A stretch of 64,000 nucleotides of DNA, taken from the NCBI RefSeq assembly GCF_009914755.1, contig NC_060937.1; one strand, 5' to 3'. The notes below the pieces were generated by a model that was not told where the DNA came from, made no database searches, and worked only from the letters and a program-made list of their open reading frames with translations. Numbering within the stretch: position 1 is the stretch's first letter; every line of letters begins with the position of its first letter. Origin of the DNA: the human T2T-CHM13v2.0 reference genome, Homo sapiens. Position numbers and translations under genes: made by a program. This document shows positions 14,521-28,733 of this stretch, piece by piece.

Positions 14521-16108
14521 TAATTTTAAATAGACAATCATATAATATATTTTAAATAAACTATTAATCATAAAATAATGTCAGGCTATATTTTAATACT
14601 CACCTATCAATTATAAATAAATAAAATGATAAGAAAATACATAAAAACCGCAATAGTTTTTGTAATTAGACAGTGGAGTTACTTGTGATTTTAATGATGT
14701 AGGAATTATTCAGTTTTTAAATAATAAATCTTTATTAATTTTATAATTATCAAAGATGCTATAAAAAGAAATAATTTTTTTATTACTATGCTACTGATGT
14801 ATTTCCATTGCATTGACTAACAAAATTAATACTAGAATTTTCAAAAGTATCCACAGTGGTTACTTTATTTGCACTGTTAATTCAGCTCTTTTTAAGTATG
14901 CCTTCTCGTTCCCTAATAGATATAATTCAGAGACTACACTTGGACACAATTTAATGAATAAGCAAATTAGGTCCAGTTATTCCAATATGAAATTCCTTTT
15001 AATTATGGGCTACATTTGGAGATGTAGAATAATTTGAATGTTTAATTTGGTGACTCAGTATGACCTACTTCACATTGTTTTATGAGTGGGTGAAAAATAT
15101 AAGTGCTAGGAAATGTGTACCAGAAATAATTTGTCATCTAATTACATTTCAGAACATTATACCTCCTCAAAGCCTTGTTTCGGCATATATCTCATTTTAA
15201 AAATCTATGTTGCATATATGTTTACTTCTTTAAAATTTTAAAAATGTTTGTGGCATTCACATAAAATACAGAAGAGACTAGCAATAAGTGACATACATGT
15301 ACTTCAGGACCTGAAAATTTATATGACTATATTTTTTTCTTTCCTTAAAAAGAATATATTCAAATACATCATGAGAAAAATGTATAGCTTTATAGTTAGG
15401 ATAAACCTTTAATTCAAGTGCTGTTACTTGAATTAAGGATGCACAAGCCCCGGACTCTACTCCACAAACCCCACCCGCTCTTCTCACCACATAAATACCT
15501 AGGGAGAGGGATCTGTCTGAAGGAACCTTTCCCACAACAGCCTTTATTCAAAATGACACACCTGCCACTTTCTTGATGCCTACTCTTGTACTCCAACTGC
15601 AGTGTGATTCATTACACACAGTTTGCTTGTATGTTATATGACAGTGATTACATCAAGGATTTGGGTACTAGCTAACTGAACTGATATATTTGAAAGTACT
15701 TTATAAAACAGAAAGTGCTGAACAACCATTAAGTATACAGAATGATTTGGCAACAATCATATGTAGTACCATATTTTCTGAAATATCTATTTCTTAAAAA
15801 ACAAGTTTCATTAAGTATATTATTTGCTGAATAATCTCTCAAAGGTCATGTTTTCATATAGCTACTATTATTGCATTTTGAAATCAAACATTATTTTCTT
15901 TGCCATTTCAGAGAAGCCCTTGGTAATCCAGCCCGCAAGTGCAATTCATGCGCATGGCTCTAAAGAGAAATGGGCAAACAAAAAGAAGATTAACTACACA
16001 TTCAATAATCATTTATTTATTTTCTTAGAGATATCTACAGTAGCTCTCTCTTATCCTTATTTTAATAAATGCTGACGTACAGAATTAGTGAGATTTTTGG
16101 TAATAATA

Positions 16109-16396
16109 TTTTTTTTTTGAGGCAGAGTCTTGCTCTGCCAACCAGGTTGAAGTGCAGTGGTGCAATCTCCACTCCCTGCAACCTCCACCTCCTGGGTTTA
16201 AGCGAATCTCCTGCCTCAGCCTCCTGAGTAGCTGACAGGTGTGCACCACCACGCCCTGGCTAATTTTTTTGCATTTTTAGTAGAGATGGAGTTTCACCAT
16301 GTTGGCCAGGCTGGTCTCACTCCTGACCTCAAGTGATCTGCCTGCCTCGGCCTCCCAGAGTGCTGGGATTACAGGCATGAGCCACCGCGCCCATCC
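16109..16396 (-). mobile_element. AluS
   Basis: Poly-T followed by a reverse-complement Alu dimer. Confidence 0.95.
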
Positions 16397-18664
16397 GGGT
16401 TATAAATTTGTTATTCCTCTTGTGGTTGTTTGGGATGAGTATTTGTGTGTGTGCACATATACATATTATTGAATTTACCACGTTACTCCAAAGGCTTTTC
16501 TTTAACTATTTTGCTTGATGTATATTCAACAATGATAGTCTCAAACAAACAAACAGAAAACAGAAACACATCTGATTTTTCACCAATACTGTTTATAGAA
16601 TGAATCTGTATAGAGTCTGAGGCTATTCTGATGATAAATTGATTATAGGACTAGAAAAAACTATTTTGCCATTTTACAAACTCTCATTATGCACCTTATA
16701 TAATAGTTCCAAGTTAATAAATTTGCTTCTATGTTTATAGTCTGCAACAGAAAAAACTTATGAGGTACTATTTTCCAGATGAAAGTGAAAGTGATGACAG
16801 ATTTTATTTCTTCACTTAAATTATTAAGATATACCTTTATTATGTGAGCATAATCGATTTTATTGCAGGGAAGGCCCTTAATTCAGTAAAAAAGACAAGA
16901 TTGCTTCTTGAATATTAAAACATTTTCATCTTTTCAGTTTTGCTTTTCTTGATTATTTTTCTTTTTACTGAGTAATGTATATCATTTTTTAATTAAATAT
17001 AATTTAAATAATATTTTACAATAATCTAAAATGCTTCTGAATACTTCGTCAATAACTTTTGGATGTTCAATAACATTAAGAACGATTACATTTTTCAAAT
17101 ATTATTTTTGCATTATTTATATGTTTGCATTTTTACAAGTGTTCTAATCGCATATTGCAAGGCCAAATCAGAATTTTTAAAGACTTCATTTTATTAACAT
17201 TTAATTATAGCAATAATTAAGAAATAAAATAAAATGACATAAAATTTTAAATCATATGAATAAATTAAACCTATATATTTAAATTACTTTACAATTTTAG
17301 CATTTTTCATAAATATACAGAAATTTCATTTCGTATCTGTTGTTATAATTATTACAATATTAAAATTATGTAATGGAAAAATACATTAAGCATCAATTAA
17401 GACAGCATACATCTGTTGGCAAAAGAAAGAGAAGGTATATTTGATTTCCTTGATTTTTTCCTCTCAAAATTGAGAAATAGTTTAATTTTATAAATCTATA
17501 TCCATTTAAATTACTTAAGTCACCATTTTAGCCTAATTTTTTCATTTTCTAGATAGATTACTCTTCTTTTTTCTTAAAAAAAAGGTATCATTTATTCTGG
17601 TTACGAGTAAAAGACAATTTTAGATGTGCAAATATTTAGATATGTAATCACAATTAGTATTTTTACTTCATGAAATCTTTAGGCGCAAACTTTGCTGTTC
17701 TAAACTAAAATTTGGATTCCAATTCAAAAGCTAAAGACTATCATAGTGTGATTATCCCAAATGAACTCTTTTACCTAACACTTACTGAAATTTCAAGATA
17801 AGTAGTATTGAGATTCTACAAGTCAGTAAGAGGTCTTCTCTCTGTGAACTTTTAGGTTTTAAGGGCACAAGGAATTTAATGGCTACTGGGCTAAAGAATG
17901 TAATAACCACTACTGTGCATATGATTTTAGTCATATAGGCAAAAAGCCTAGGAGTTACATTGTTTGGTCAGATGGCATAAGTACAATTAATTGCAATATA
18001 AATTGTCAGATTGTTTCATAAAGCTCTACAATAAATTATTCTTCACCAGAAATATATGAGAGAACACTAGAAACAATAAGTCCTATAGTTATCTTTAAAT
18101 GCTACCAATTTGATGGTTTTTCTGGTGACATTCCTGTGTTATTTTAATTTGTATTTTCTTTACCACCCATGAATCTTAACAGATTTTTTCTATGAAAGTT
18201 CAGCACTTTGATTCATTCTTCTGTGGACTGACTGCCTGTGCCTATCCACTTCCCTGGCTCTCTTGCTTGGTGTGTGCATGTGGCTTAGTTTTAGCAAATA
18301 GAATATTTGCTGTCCCTGAGCCTTAGTCTTAAATCCTTATACAAGCACTTTTTCTTGTTATCTTACCTGTTTGTCTGACTTGGGTGATGATTCTTAGAGT
18401 AATTTTGGTTGCCAAATGTTAAAGTTAGTAGAACTACTATAAGCCTCTGAGTGGCTAAATGGTAGTTATTTCTGTGGCCTGAATACTCTTATGAGATATT
18501 CAGAGAGATTGAGAGGGAAGAATTATTTTTGAAGACATGGAATTTTTATTTTCTATTCCTTAGAACAGTTTAGTTTACCCTAAATAGTAACTACCTATTA
18601 TTTTCCTCTGCTAATTTTTCTTGAGGCTCCTAACTTTATCAGGTGAATTTTAAGATATCTGTGA

Positions 18665-19011
<347 letters not shown>

Positions 19012-21270
19012 TTAACAAAATATTTGCTCAAATATATACTTCCATCTGACAACTATTTAACATTACTTTTCTAATATTTTTACCTTATTGCTGCTGACTT
19101 GATACATTTTTATTCATTCCACTACATCCTTGTTATTTTGGAAGATCTATCCTTTATTTCTTTATTAAGGGGTATCTTCAATTTTTTGACCTCACAATTA
19201 GATGCATAATTTTCAAGTACTATTTGAAATAAAGATACCTTCTATTGTCTTAGCAAATTAGTCAATTTCTCTACTTACCCCTCCTCAATAAGTTGACAAA
19301 TTCAAAAAACATAAATTTCCCCATTTCTTTTTCACCACTCCCCTCCAAGAAACCTTGGAACCAGTTTGTTCCAAGGTTTGTTCCCACCAAAGTCTAGATT
19401 ATACAAAAATATTTTAGAATGTTAATGATATATTGTTAGTAAAATTCTTCTATTGAATAGTTTATGATAATTTGTCAACATGAAATGTTAGGCAGACATT
19501 GAATACCAACTAGAGCTATTCATATTCTCTTAACGGGATTTCCATTGATTTATTGATGAAAGATAAAGTGATATAAAGAAAATGTGTATACACCAAGTGC
19601 AAAATATTTTATACCCTTTATGTGGCCATGAATATTAAATCATAGTTATGGGAGGAAATTGCCAAATACATATATTAGGCTGTTAAAAACTGTTTTTCTG
19701 AGCTCTGGAAACTGATGGATAGGCATAGCAGAAGAGAGCAGAAGCAAGCCAAGAAATCAAGGAAAAGATACTGCTATATAACAAGAAATAAAATAAAAGT
19801 ACGTAATGTAATTCCCTTAGAAAATGAAGTCGGGTGACTGAGAAGATGTGGAGAACCTTTATACCAATTTCCTTTTTCTAATCAGATTTGATTATAAAAC
19901 ATCGACATAAAATCAATATATGTGTATTATATTCATTTCAATTTTAATTTCAAGACCTAATTTTGCTGTCTTAAAGATCATGGATAACTCCATCTTATCT
20001 CAGTGTTCAATCTATAATTCATTAAAACAGTTTTCAAAAGAATTTTCAAAATACTTTATTATGATTACAACCATACTTAATCTTAAATTAGGACATACTA
20101 TGTGATAAATACTATGGTGAAGTACTTCTCAATAATCCATATTCTTAAACACAACAAGTTCTAGGATCAAACTGCTTAAATTTATATATTTGCTCAATCA
20201 TTTGCCACATAAATATTTTACAGATGAAGAAACTAAAACACTTTTTTTTTCTCCGAAACTGTTTCAGGGCTAAGTAACTTACTCATGAGCTTGGTAAAAA
20301 TAAAAATTATTAGATACCTTGTGGATCCGTTGCATATATTTCAAATTTAAGTTTTTGAAGCACTTTTTGAAAAGACTTCTTTATGTGACATTTGTTCATT
20401 AAAAACACAGTGATTCTTTTTTTGAAATACGATCCAATTGTAAAATATCCTGTGTCTAGAAATGAATTTATTTTCCTAACAAAAATGTATTAAATTAATT
20501 AATTAAATTCTCAGAACCATTATTTAAACCAAGTTTGTTGATCCTACAACCAGTGAAAATAATCCCTACAATGCTAAAAATGTGTGTGCTATTATCCATC
20601 TATTTCCTAGTTCATTAAAGCCAAGTTATCATAATCTGGACTTTTTACCAAAGATTTTCAGGGATGTCAAAGGTTTTTACTCCTAAATTTAATATGCTGA
20701 AATATTACTTTATGTTCTATTTATTTTTTTCATTTAAAATAACATTTTTCTCTATGTTGCGATTGCAAAAATTAACTTATTTACATATATACATGATGTC
20801 ATGATATAATCTAGGCACAATTTTGGATATTTCCTTTTCCCAATCTGTTTAACTTACACAGGTAATCAATATATGTAATCACCAAGCAAAAGACCTTCAT
20901 TGGTTTCTATTTTGTTATTTTTTCCTCTGGAAAAGTGTTTAAGATAGTTTTAACATGAAGAATAGCGACCATATTTTTTGCATACTGTTATTTCTTCAAA
21001 GACGCTTAATCTATATAAACAAATTTTAAAAACCCTGGTATCAGTTGGGTAAAATCTCTGAGATTTAAAATATTTACTAAGCTACTAAATGTTAAGCAAC
21101 ACGGGATTTTGAGAAATTGGCCAATGGCAAGGATTGTAAGGGAACAAAAACTTGGAAACAATGCTGTTTGTCGACATCTTGAATAATTTGCTGTGCCTCT
21201 ATTTTATGTCACAGTATTTCCACTTCCAGGCCTATACAAATAAATAAAATCAGTATTATACACAGAATAG

Positions 21271-21271
<1 letters not shown>

Positions 21272-21304
<33 letters not shown>
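21272..21304. repeat. (CA)n microsatellite
   Basis: Directly visible. Confidence 0.97.
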
Positions 21305-21306
<2 letters not shown>

Positions 21307-21473
21307 GCGTTCAGATATAAAGATTTCAACTGTAGCATCATTTGTAATAAACAATATTGGAAACAATGTTGGTATATATTGCTAAGAAAATGTGTTGAGA
21401 TCAATTTAGTATAATTATATAATGAGATATATGATTATTTCATTTCTTTATGGAATGAGTGTAATGGGAAAAT

Positions 21474-21910
21474 CCAGTGGAAAGCTTACGTTAAAGCTAA
21501 GAAAGTTAAATCTTTAAGACCTTTCATATGTATGGGTCTTTCTCGGGGTCATATGAGTTTTGCAAAATTTGCTATGTAAGATGCTTAATTAAAAATAAGA
21601 AAAGCCACACCTGTTTTGACTCCCATTTGCCTTTAGTCATTTATCTCCCTGTCAGGTAGTGCGGGTCCAGCCTACAACACTTTTAGTATTCAGCTAAGGG
21701 GAAGTTGAATAGAGACATATTTAATTTCAGTTCATTGAGGTTAATGTGTTTGATTTAAAGCCACTTCCATGTAAAATGAAGTTGTTTCTGGCAGTTCAGA
21801 GACTTTCTATTGCTCACTCCATAGATTCATCCAGTGTTGTAGCACAGAGGTGCAGAGGCAGAGAATGTTGTGAGACACATGTCATGCAGTACTTGGTACC
21901 AGAGGCTGCA
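21474..21910 (+). mobile_element. Possible hAT-Tip100 (Zaphod-like) fossil
   Basis: The start cagtggaaagcttacgttaaagctaagaaag resembles the recalled left end of the family. Confidence 0.4.
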
Positions 21911-22479
21911 GAGAAGGAAAGAAACAGCTGCCCTTAACCTAGCTCTCCTTTCCACTAATTCTTACCGTGGTGGTGATGTGATGAGAACCAGATGTCCTAC
22001 ATGTAAGGGGATCTGCTGTAGGCAAAGAACTCTGGAAAAAAGAACCTGAGCGTTTTTGTGGAAGAGTGACCCAGTTGCTCTTGACCCCCTTCTGAGTGTG
22101 TCTCCATAGTCACAAAACGGAAAAAAATCTGAGTTCTTACTTTAACCATTTGGATAAAAATAAATCTCTCTAGGGGAAAGATAACACTAGAGTCTCCAGC
22201 TTTGTAACTTCTGGGATGCATCTACTGGGTCTCATCTTCTCTTGAAATGTAAATATATATCCCTAGTGAGGTAAATCCCTCAGGATGGCCCCTAACCATG
22301 TTCTTTCTGTGAATTAATTTCCAGAGCTAGTTCTTAGCGTAGAGCAGAAGTCTGAGTAAAATTTGTTGAGAAAGTTCTTACTATGCATAAATAACTTTAT
22401 TTACAGCCTAACACTATCCATTAAAATCAACAAGAGAAAGACAAACTAATCCAAAATGACCCTGCAATCGGGGCTCTAA

Positions 22480-23020
22480 AACAATGCAGGTTGACTGTAA
22501 TTGTTAAAATGAATTTGGAAAGTATTTGACCTTATCTGTTAAAATTAAGTATATGCATACCCTGTGACCAATAATTCTGCTACTATCATCCAACAGGAAC
22601 ACATAAACATATTCAGGAAATGTACAAAATTGTTTATTAAAGAATTATTCACAACAGCTTAAATTGGAAGTTTTGCAGTTATCCATCAAGAGTGAAATAA
22701 ACACATCATAGCATATATATAAATACATGGAGTATTATCAAGCAAGAAGGATAAATGGTATACCCAAGAGAGCTTTGATGACTCTCCCAAATACATTTCT
22801 GAGTAAGAGAAGCCATCCAGAAAAGAATATATATTGTTTAATTCTATTATAAAAGTTCAAAAATAGGTTAAAAAAGTCTATGTTATTAGCAATCAGAATA
22901 ATAATTACTTGCAGATGGAGCAGATGGTAATTTAAGGGAATTTTATTGTGAAATATGTACAATCACTTTGTTAAAATTAATTAACTATATACTATTTGTG
23001 TATTACAATAAAAATGTTTA
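22480..23020 (+). mobile_element. Old L1 (L1M) 3' end
   Basis: cataccctgtgaccaataattc...ctgagtaagagaagcc...caataaaaatg. Confidence 0.7.
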
Positions 23021-23069
23021 ATAAACTATCTCATCGTTGTTATTTACATTTCTTAAATAGCATTTAGGC

Positions 23070-23685
23070 ATGGGTGAAAAGGTTTAACTTGACTGGCATG
23101 AATTGCTCAAATACTGTACATTCCAAAGAGGGGTCCCTCTGCAGGACTAGACCTTAGTCTAGGAGTTCATCTCTGAGCCCTTGGAGTATTTTGCTTGATA
23201 AAAGTGTTCTTGTTTTCCTGAAGTCTTGGGCCATACTCTCCCAGTTCGACCAGAAAAGGTTATGTTATCAACGTGACTTATGTGAACATCTGTTTTTACT
23301 CTGGGTGTAGGAAGAAAGTTGTGCTTAAATGTCATGGAGCTGAGGTCAATCATATGGGCATTACATGACTATGTGACTGATCCCAGTAAACACCTTCGAC
23401 AACTAGGCTCCAGCGAGTGTTCCTGGTTGGCAATGCTTTGCACTTTACATATTGTTGCTGGGATAATTAAACATGTCCCCATGCAACTGCTCTGGGAGGG
23501 GACACCTGAGAGCTTGGACTTGGTTTCTCCTGGAGTTCACTTCATTTGTCTTTTCTCTTAGCTGACTTCTATCTGTACTGTTTTTACTGTAATATACTGT
23601 AACAATGAGTACTACAGCTTCTGATTCCCTTAGAGATTTCCAGTAAATTACCAGGTCTCAAGTGGTCTTGGGAACCCCTGGCATA
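23070..23685 (+). mobile_element. MER21-like LTR
   Basis: tctctgagcccttggagtattttgcttgataaaagtg...gtggtcttgggaacccctggcata. Confidence 0.75.
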
Positions 23686-24179
23686 TTACTGAACTTAAAG
23701 TTTTCAGAATATCTGTATTTGATATATTCCATGGCAAGCACTATATCCATCATACTTTTTCATTTATTGACATAACTCCAAATATTTCCACATATCTAAA
23801 ATTCAGGAAAGTAACCCTATCCTTACCTCTGAGGATAAAGCTTGTTAAGTATAGGTAAACCATGATAATTTAAATTCACCTGTTTGTGACTGACTTTTTT
23901 TAATGACTGCTTTTAGTCAAGAAAATGTGAGGGTAGGTCTGCCAAGAGCTACTGAAAAGAGTTACATTTTCTAAAAAAAAAAAAATCCTCGTCTTTTCTT
24001 TTTGAGAATAATTTGTGGTGTTTCTGAAATCATTGTCTGCCCATAAAGAGAGATTACTTAAACAAAAAGTCTGTATAAAATATGACTACAAAGAAAGATG
24101 AGAAAAAAATCATATTCTTGATTAATTTATTGATCTATTAAATTAATAGTCTTGGAAGTAGATCCCTCTTTGGACTTCC

Positions 24180-24482
24180 AGTTAGAGACAGGGCCTTACT
24201 CTATGGCCCAGGCTGGAGTGTAGTAGTGCCACCATAGCTCATTGTGTAGCTCACCGCAACCTCAAACTCCTGGACTCAAGCAAACCTCCTGCCTCAGCCT
24301 CCCAAGTGGCTGGAATACAGACAGGTGCCACCATGACCACACCTGGCTATTTTTTTTTCAATTGTAGAGCTAAGGTCTCCCTATGTTGCCCAGGCTGGTT
24401 TTGAACTCCTGGCCTCCAGTGAGCCTCCCACCTCAGCCTCCCAAAATGCTGGGATTCCAGGCATAAGCCACGAGACCTGGCC
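24180..24482 (-). mobile_element. AluJ
   Basis: Diverged reverse Alu (ctcctggactcaagc, ctatgttgcccaggctgg). Confidence 0.9.
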
Positions 24483-24539
24483 TATTTATAGTTTAAATTT
24501 TCTCATCGTCTAAATAAAAGATCTAAAACTAATTGTCTA

Positions 24540-24868
24540 AGTTGGCGGAGCAGTCAGAACACACACATTTATTGATTAAATTCATTGTCTTATATGGATG
24601 TGGTTCATGGTGCCCAAAACAATTACAATAGTAACATCAAAGGTCACTGGTTACAGATTATCATATCAAATATAATTATAATTAAAAAGTTTGAAATATT
24701 GTGAGATTTACCTAGATATGGCACAGAGATACAAATGAACACATGCTATTAAAAAGTGGTGCCAATAAAGTTGCTTGATGCAGGGTGGTCATAAACCTTC
24801 AATTTGTGAAAAACACATTATCTGTGAAGCCAAGTGAAGCAAAGCACAATCAATTGAAGTATGTCTAT
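24540..24868 (+). mobile_element. Tigger1 3' end fragment
   Basis: ggagcagtcagaacacacac...aaaacaattacaatagtaacatcaaag...aaccttcaatttgt, ending in a TIR-like gaagtatgtct. Confidence 0.85.
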
Positions 24869-24889
24869 ATTCCACTGCCTTTGTAGAGT

Positions 24890-25063
24890 GTATATAGTTG
24901 TATTACATAACATATATAATATATATACAAATATATATAATATATATATTTGGGTATATGTAATATATATTATATATATTTGTATATATATTATACATAC
25001 ATATTATATACATATATAGTATGCATATATATTATACATATATATTACATATATATATATATA
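24890..25063. repeat. (TA)n-rich low-complexity tract containing a perfect 33-bp inverted repeat
   Basis: Arms at 24915-24947 and 24963-24995. Confidence 0.93.
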
Positions 25064-25065
25064 TT

Positions 25066-25402
25066 TGATATGGACTGTGTCTTGTTTCCCCAAAATTAAT
25101 ATATTGAAGCCTTAACTCTCAATGTGTTAGCATTTGGAGGTGGGACCTTTGGAAGTAATTAGGTTTAGATGAGCCCATAAGGATGGGGTCTTCATGATGG
25201 GATTAGTGCTCTTACAGGAAGAGACCAGAGAGCTAACACTTTCTATTCGCTATGTACGTACATAGGAAAAAGGCAGCCCTTTGAAAGCCCAGAAGATGAC
25301 CCTCCTCAGACTTGCCAGGTTCAAGAACTATAAGAAATAAATGTCTATTGTTCAGACCAGCGCCTATCTTATTTTTATATAGCAGCCTGAGCTTACTAAA
25401 AC
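25066..25402 (+). mobile_element. MLT1A-like MaLR solo LTR
   Basis: tgatatggactg...tttggaggtgggacctttg...atgatgggattagtgc...agcagcctgagcttactaaaaca. Confidence 0.85.
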
Positions 25403-26629
25403 AATTATTAAGAAAAAACAGCAAAGCAAACAAACAAAAGCAACTATGTTTAAAACTCCTGGAAAAATAATTTATCTTCTGTGCAGCTGTTTTTTAAGAT
25501 CTTCCTTTAATGTATTTCCCCTCATTTTTCTTGCGTCTTATTTGGAGTCTGTAGTAGCATAGTTCTTAATTTGCTTATCAAGTAATTTACATCATATTAA
25601 ACATGAATTTCAACCAGCAAAGAATATTATTAAAACTTCTGGACTAATGTTATTCACTTGTATTCTTTCCTACTACCCGGAAATGCTTTTGCTGGCAATG
25701 ATTTCTCCTTTGATGTTGTGAAGTTTCGGGCCATTGTTAGAGAAACAGGTCCACTTGCCGATTAGCAGGCAGTAGGCTTTGTGACCTAAGTTCAGTAACA
25801 GAAAATCATTACTTTCTCTGGCAATTTGATACAACATGCTTCATATATTCCAAAATTCATCAATTTTCTGCTCTGTTGATGTCCTCCTTTATTATGTTAA
25901 AGAATTGCCACAGTATAGTTTATTCATAATGCTATTTTCAGTTGAATTACTAGAGCTCCACTTTAGCATTTTAAAATCATATTATCGCATGTTTATTTCC
26001 AAATTAACAGGGCAATAAAAATCCTCTCTTAAAAATCAGGGATATCAGTATTCATCTCTTTTCATGTAAAAATATTAAAAAATTAGAAGTGAAATATCAC
26101 AGAAGATATTTTAAATATGAAGACAAATAATGAAATAAGGAGAATTTTAAAAGCCAAATATTTTGGATCAGAGTAAGAAGTTAGTGGTAAAAGATAAAGG
26201 TTATCCAACAACCTTTTGCAAATGAAGCCAAAAAAGTAGGTTTGCGCAACACTGAATAACTAAAATTACAACTCTTTTATATTTCATTAAAAAACATGCC
26301 CTTTTTCAAAAAGTCAGATCGGTTTAATCACACCATAAAATTATTTACCCAAAGTTAAGGAAAAATAGCATGCTTTCATATAAGTAGAAAATTTAAATAC
26401 ACAATTGATATTTAACGTTCTCTAAGCAATGTAAAGATTGCTTTTAAGCCATCTAACAGAGTTGTATTTATTATTAGGGATCAAAAAGTGTGTAAATTAG
26501 CACAATATATTTTATATAAAATGAATCTGTTTTCTCTTATAAGAGTATACAATTATAATTCTGAATTTTGAATTTATTCTTAAACAAATAAAAACAACTG
26601 CTATATCTGAATTCTTGTTTTATGTCACT

Positions 26630-26732
26630 CTATCTATCTATATTTTTTTACTATCTATATTTTTTTTACTATCTATATTTTTTTACTATCTATATTTTAG
26701 GCATTTTTACTATCTATATTTTAGGCATTTTA
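26630..26732. repeat. Short tandem repeat: ctatctatattt(t)n-a x3, then ctatctatattttaggcattttta x2
   Basis: Directly visible. Confidence 0.88.
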
Positions 26733-26789
26733 TAGGTTAAGTATGCGCAGTTGGTGCTTACTAAATATAGCCTAGCAATGCTCCCTGTT

Positions 26790-27496
26790 TCTTTTTTTTA
26801 ACCTTTAATTTCAGGGGTACATGTGCAGGTTTGTTATATAAATACATTTGCATCATGGGGGTTTGTTTTACAGATTAATTCATTACCCAGGCATTAAGCC
26901 TATGACTCATTAGTTACTTTTCCAGATGGTCTCCCTCCCCCGACCTTCTGCCCTCTTGTAGGGCCCAGTGTCTGTTGTTCCCTTCTTTGTGTGCATGTGT
27001 TCTCATCATTTAGCTTGCACTTACAAATGAGAGAATGTGGCATTTGTTTTTTCGTTCCTACATTGATTTGCTAAGGATAATGGCCTTCAATTCCATCCAT
27101 ATTCCTTCAAAACACATGATCTCGTTCCTTTTTATGGCTACATCTTATTCCCTGGTGTATATGTTCAACATTTTATTTATCCAGTCTTTACTATTGATGG
27201 CCATTTAGGTCTATTCCATGTCTTTGTTAATGTGAATAGTGCTGCAGTGAACATATGTGTGCGTGTGTCTTTATAATAGAACAATTTATATTCCTTTGGA
27301 TATATACCCAGTAATGGGATTGCTGGGTCTAATGGTAGTTCTGTTTTTAGGTCTTTGAGGAATCACCACACTGTTTTCCACAATGGCTGAATTAATTTAC
27401 ATTCTCTTTAACAGTGTATAGTGTTCCTTTTTCTCTGCAACCTTACCAGCACCTGCTATTTTTTGACTTTTTAATAATAGCCATTCTGACTGGTGT
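26790..27496 (-). mobile_element. 5'-truncated older L1PA 3' end
   Basis: Reverse L1 3'UTR and ORF2 end (tatatacccagtaatgggattgctgg); degraded TSD tgctccctgtttctt / tgcttactggttctt. Confidence 0.92.
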
Positions 27497-27499
27497 GCT

Positions 27500-27675
27500 T
27501 ACTGGTTCTTAATCTCACCCACATCTTAGAATAATGTGGAACATTCAAACTACCCACACCTGTTTCTAAAAACTGAAGTTCTGTTTTAATTGGACTTTAG
27601 TAGAGCCAAGAAATGAGTATTACTTAAAATCTTGCCATGTGATTCTACTAGGAAGCCAGAGTTCAGAGCCATGGA
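27500..27675. mobile_element. MER5-like hAT MITE
   Basis: tggttcttaatc...catgtgattct...ccagagttcagagccatgg. Confidence 0.5.
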
Positions 27676-28424
27676 TTACATTTTTAATATAAATACATAT
27701 TATTAGTTGAAGCAGTTTTAAGTTAGGATAGCTGTAACGTTGATTGAAAGGGGAATACTTAAAACAGAACCCTGCCTTGGGTCGTCAAGACTTAAAAAAT
27801 TCTTCTGTTTTTATTCGATTAAATATAATCATGCATTCATTTACTTTAGCATTTGTAATTCTAAAACACATTGCAAATTTCACAAAACTATCATTTTCTA
27901 AATGTCAACACTCTAAATACACCATTTATTTTTTAAAGTAGTATATTCACTTCAAATTCCATTGCTGTGTCAAGAGTTAGTTGAACTTAAAATATAATTA
28001 ATAGTTACTCAGCAAAAATAGAAAGATGTTAGCTGACTGTGTCAAAAGAAATATTTTAACACTGATTTCATTTTTACTAAATGACTGAATTTTTCTTTAT
28101 GTTTTATGCTTAAGCTTCTCTGCTTTCTTTCTATTTTTTGTGGTTTAAATAAAGAACCATGATTATCTGTATAACTGATTGCTCAAAGTAATTAATCATT
28201 TTTCTTTTGAAATTACCAGGGTAAATTAAGAATCTTATAATTACAGAGTTTTCTCTTGCCTAGAGGAAACATACTGAGAAACTGTGTTAGGAAATTATTA
28301 TTTCAAAACCCAGTCTAAGTTCTTAGCCACTGGACATTTAAAAAATACATATTACATATACTTTTTCTAACATGATTGAGAATATAGTTTGTTTCAGATT
28401 TCCACATTTCTTAAATGAAAACAA

Positions 28425-28733
28425 TAAAGAATTCAAAAGGCAAAAGGTACTGTAAAAAAAGTTATTTGATCACATGTAAATGAAAATTCTACCTTCTTAT
28501 TGAATTTTACTAATTAGAGGGGTAATTATTCTCACATCAGATTATTTGCACAAGATACTATTTCTGATGTATTTTATTAAAGAATTCAAAAGGCAAAGGT
28601 ATTGTAAAAAAAGTTATTTGATCACATGTAAATGAAAATTCTACCTTCTTATTGAATTTTACTAATTAGAGGGGTAATTATTCTGGCATCAGATTATTTG
28701 CACAAGATACTATTTCTGACCTATTTTATTAAA
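28425..28733. repeat. Tandem duplication of a ~153-bp unit (2 copies)
   Basis: Copies start at 28425 and 28578 (taaagaattcaaaaggcaaa...) and differ at only a few positions. Confidence 0.95.

Noticed and set aside
15925-15960. TAATCC plus palindrome catgcgcatg as an enhancer or NRF1 site
   Set aside because: Short motifs with an incomplete consensus; not supportable without conservation or chromatin data.
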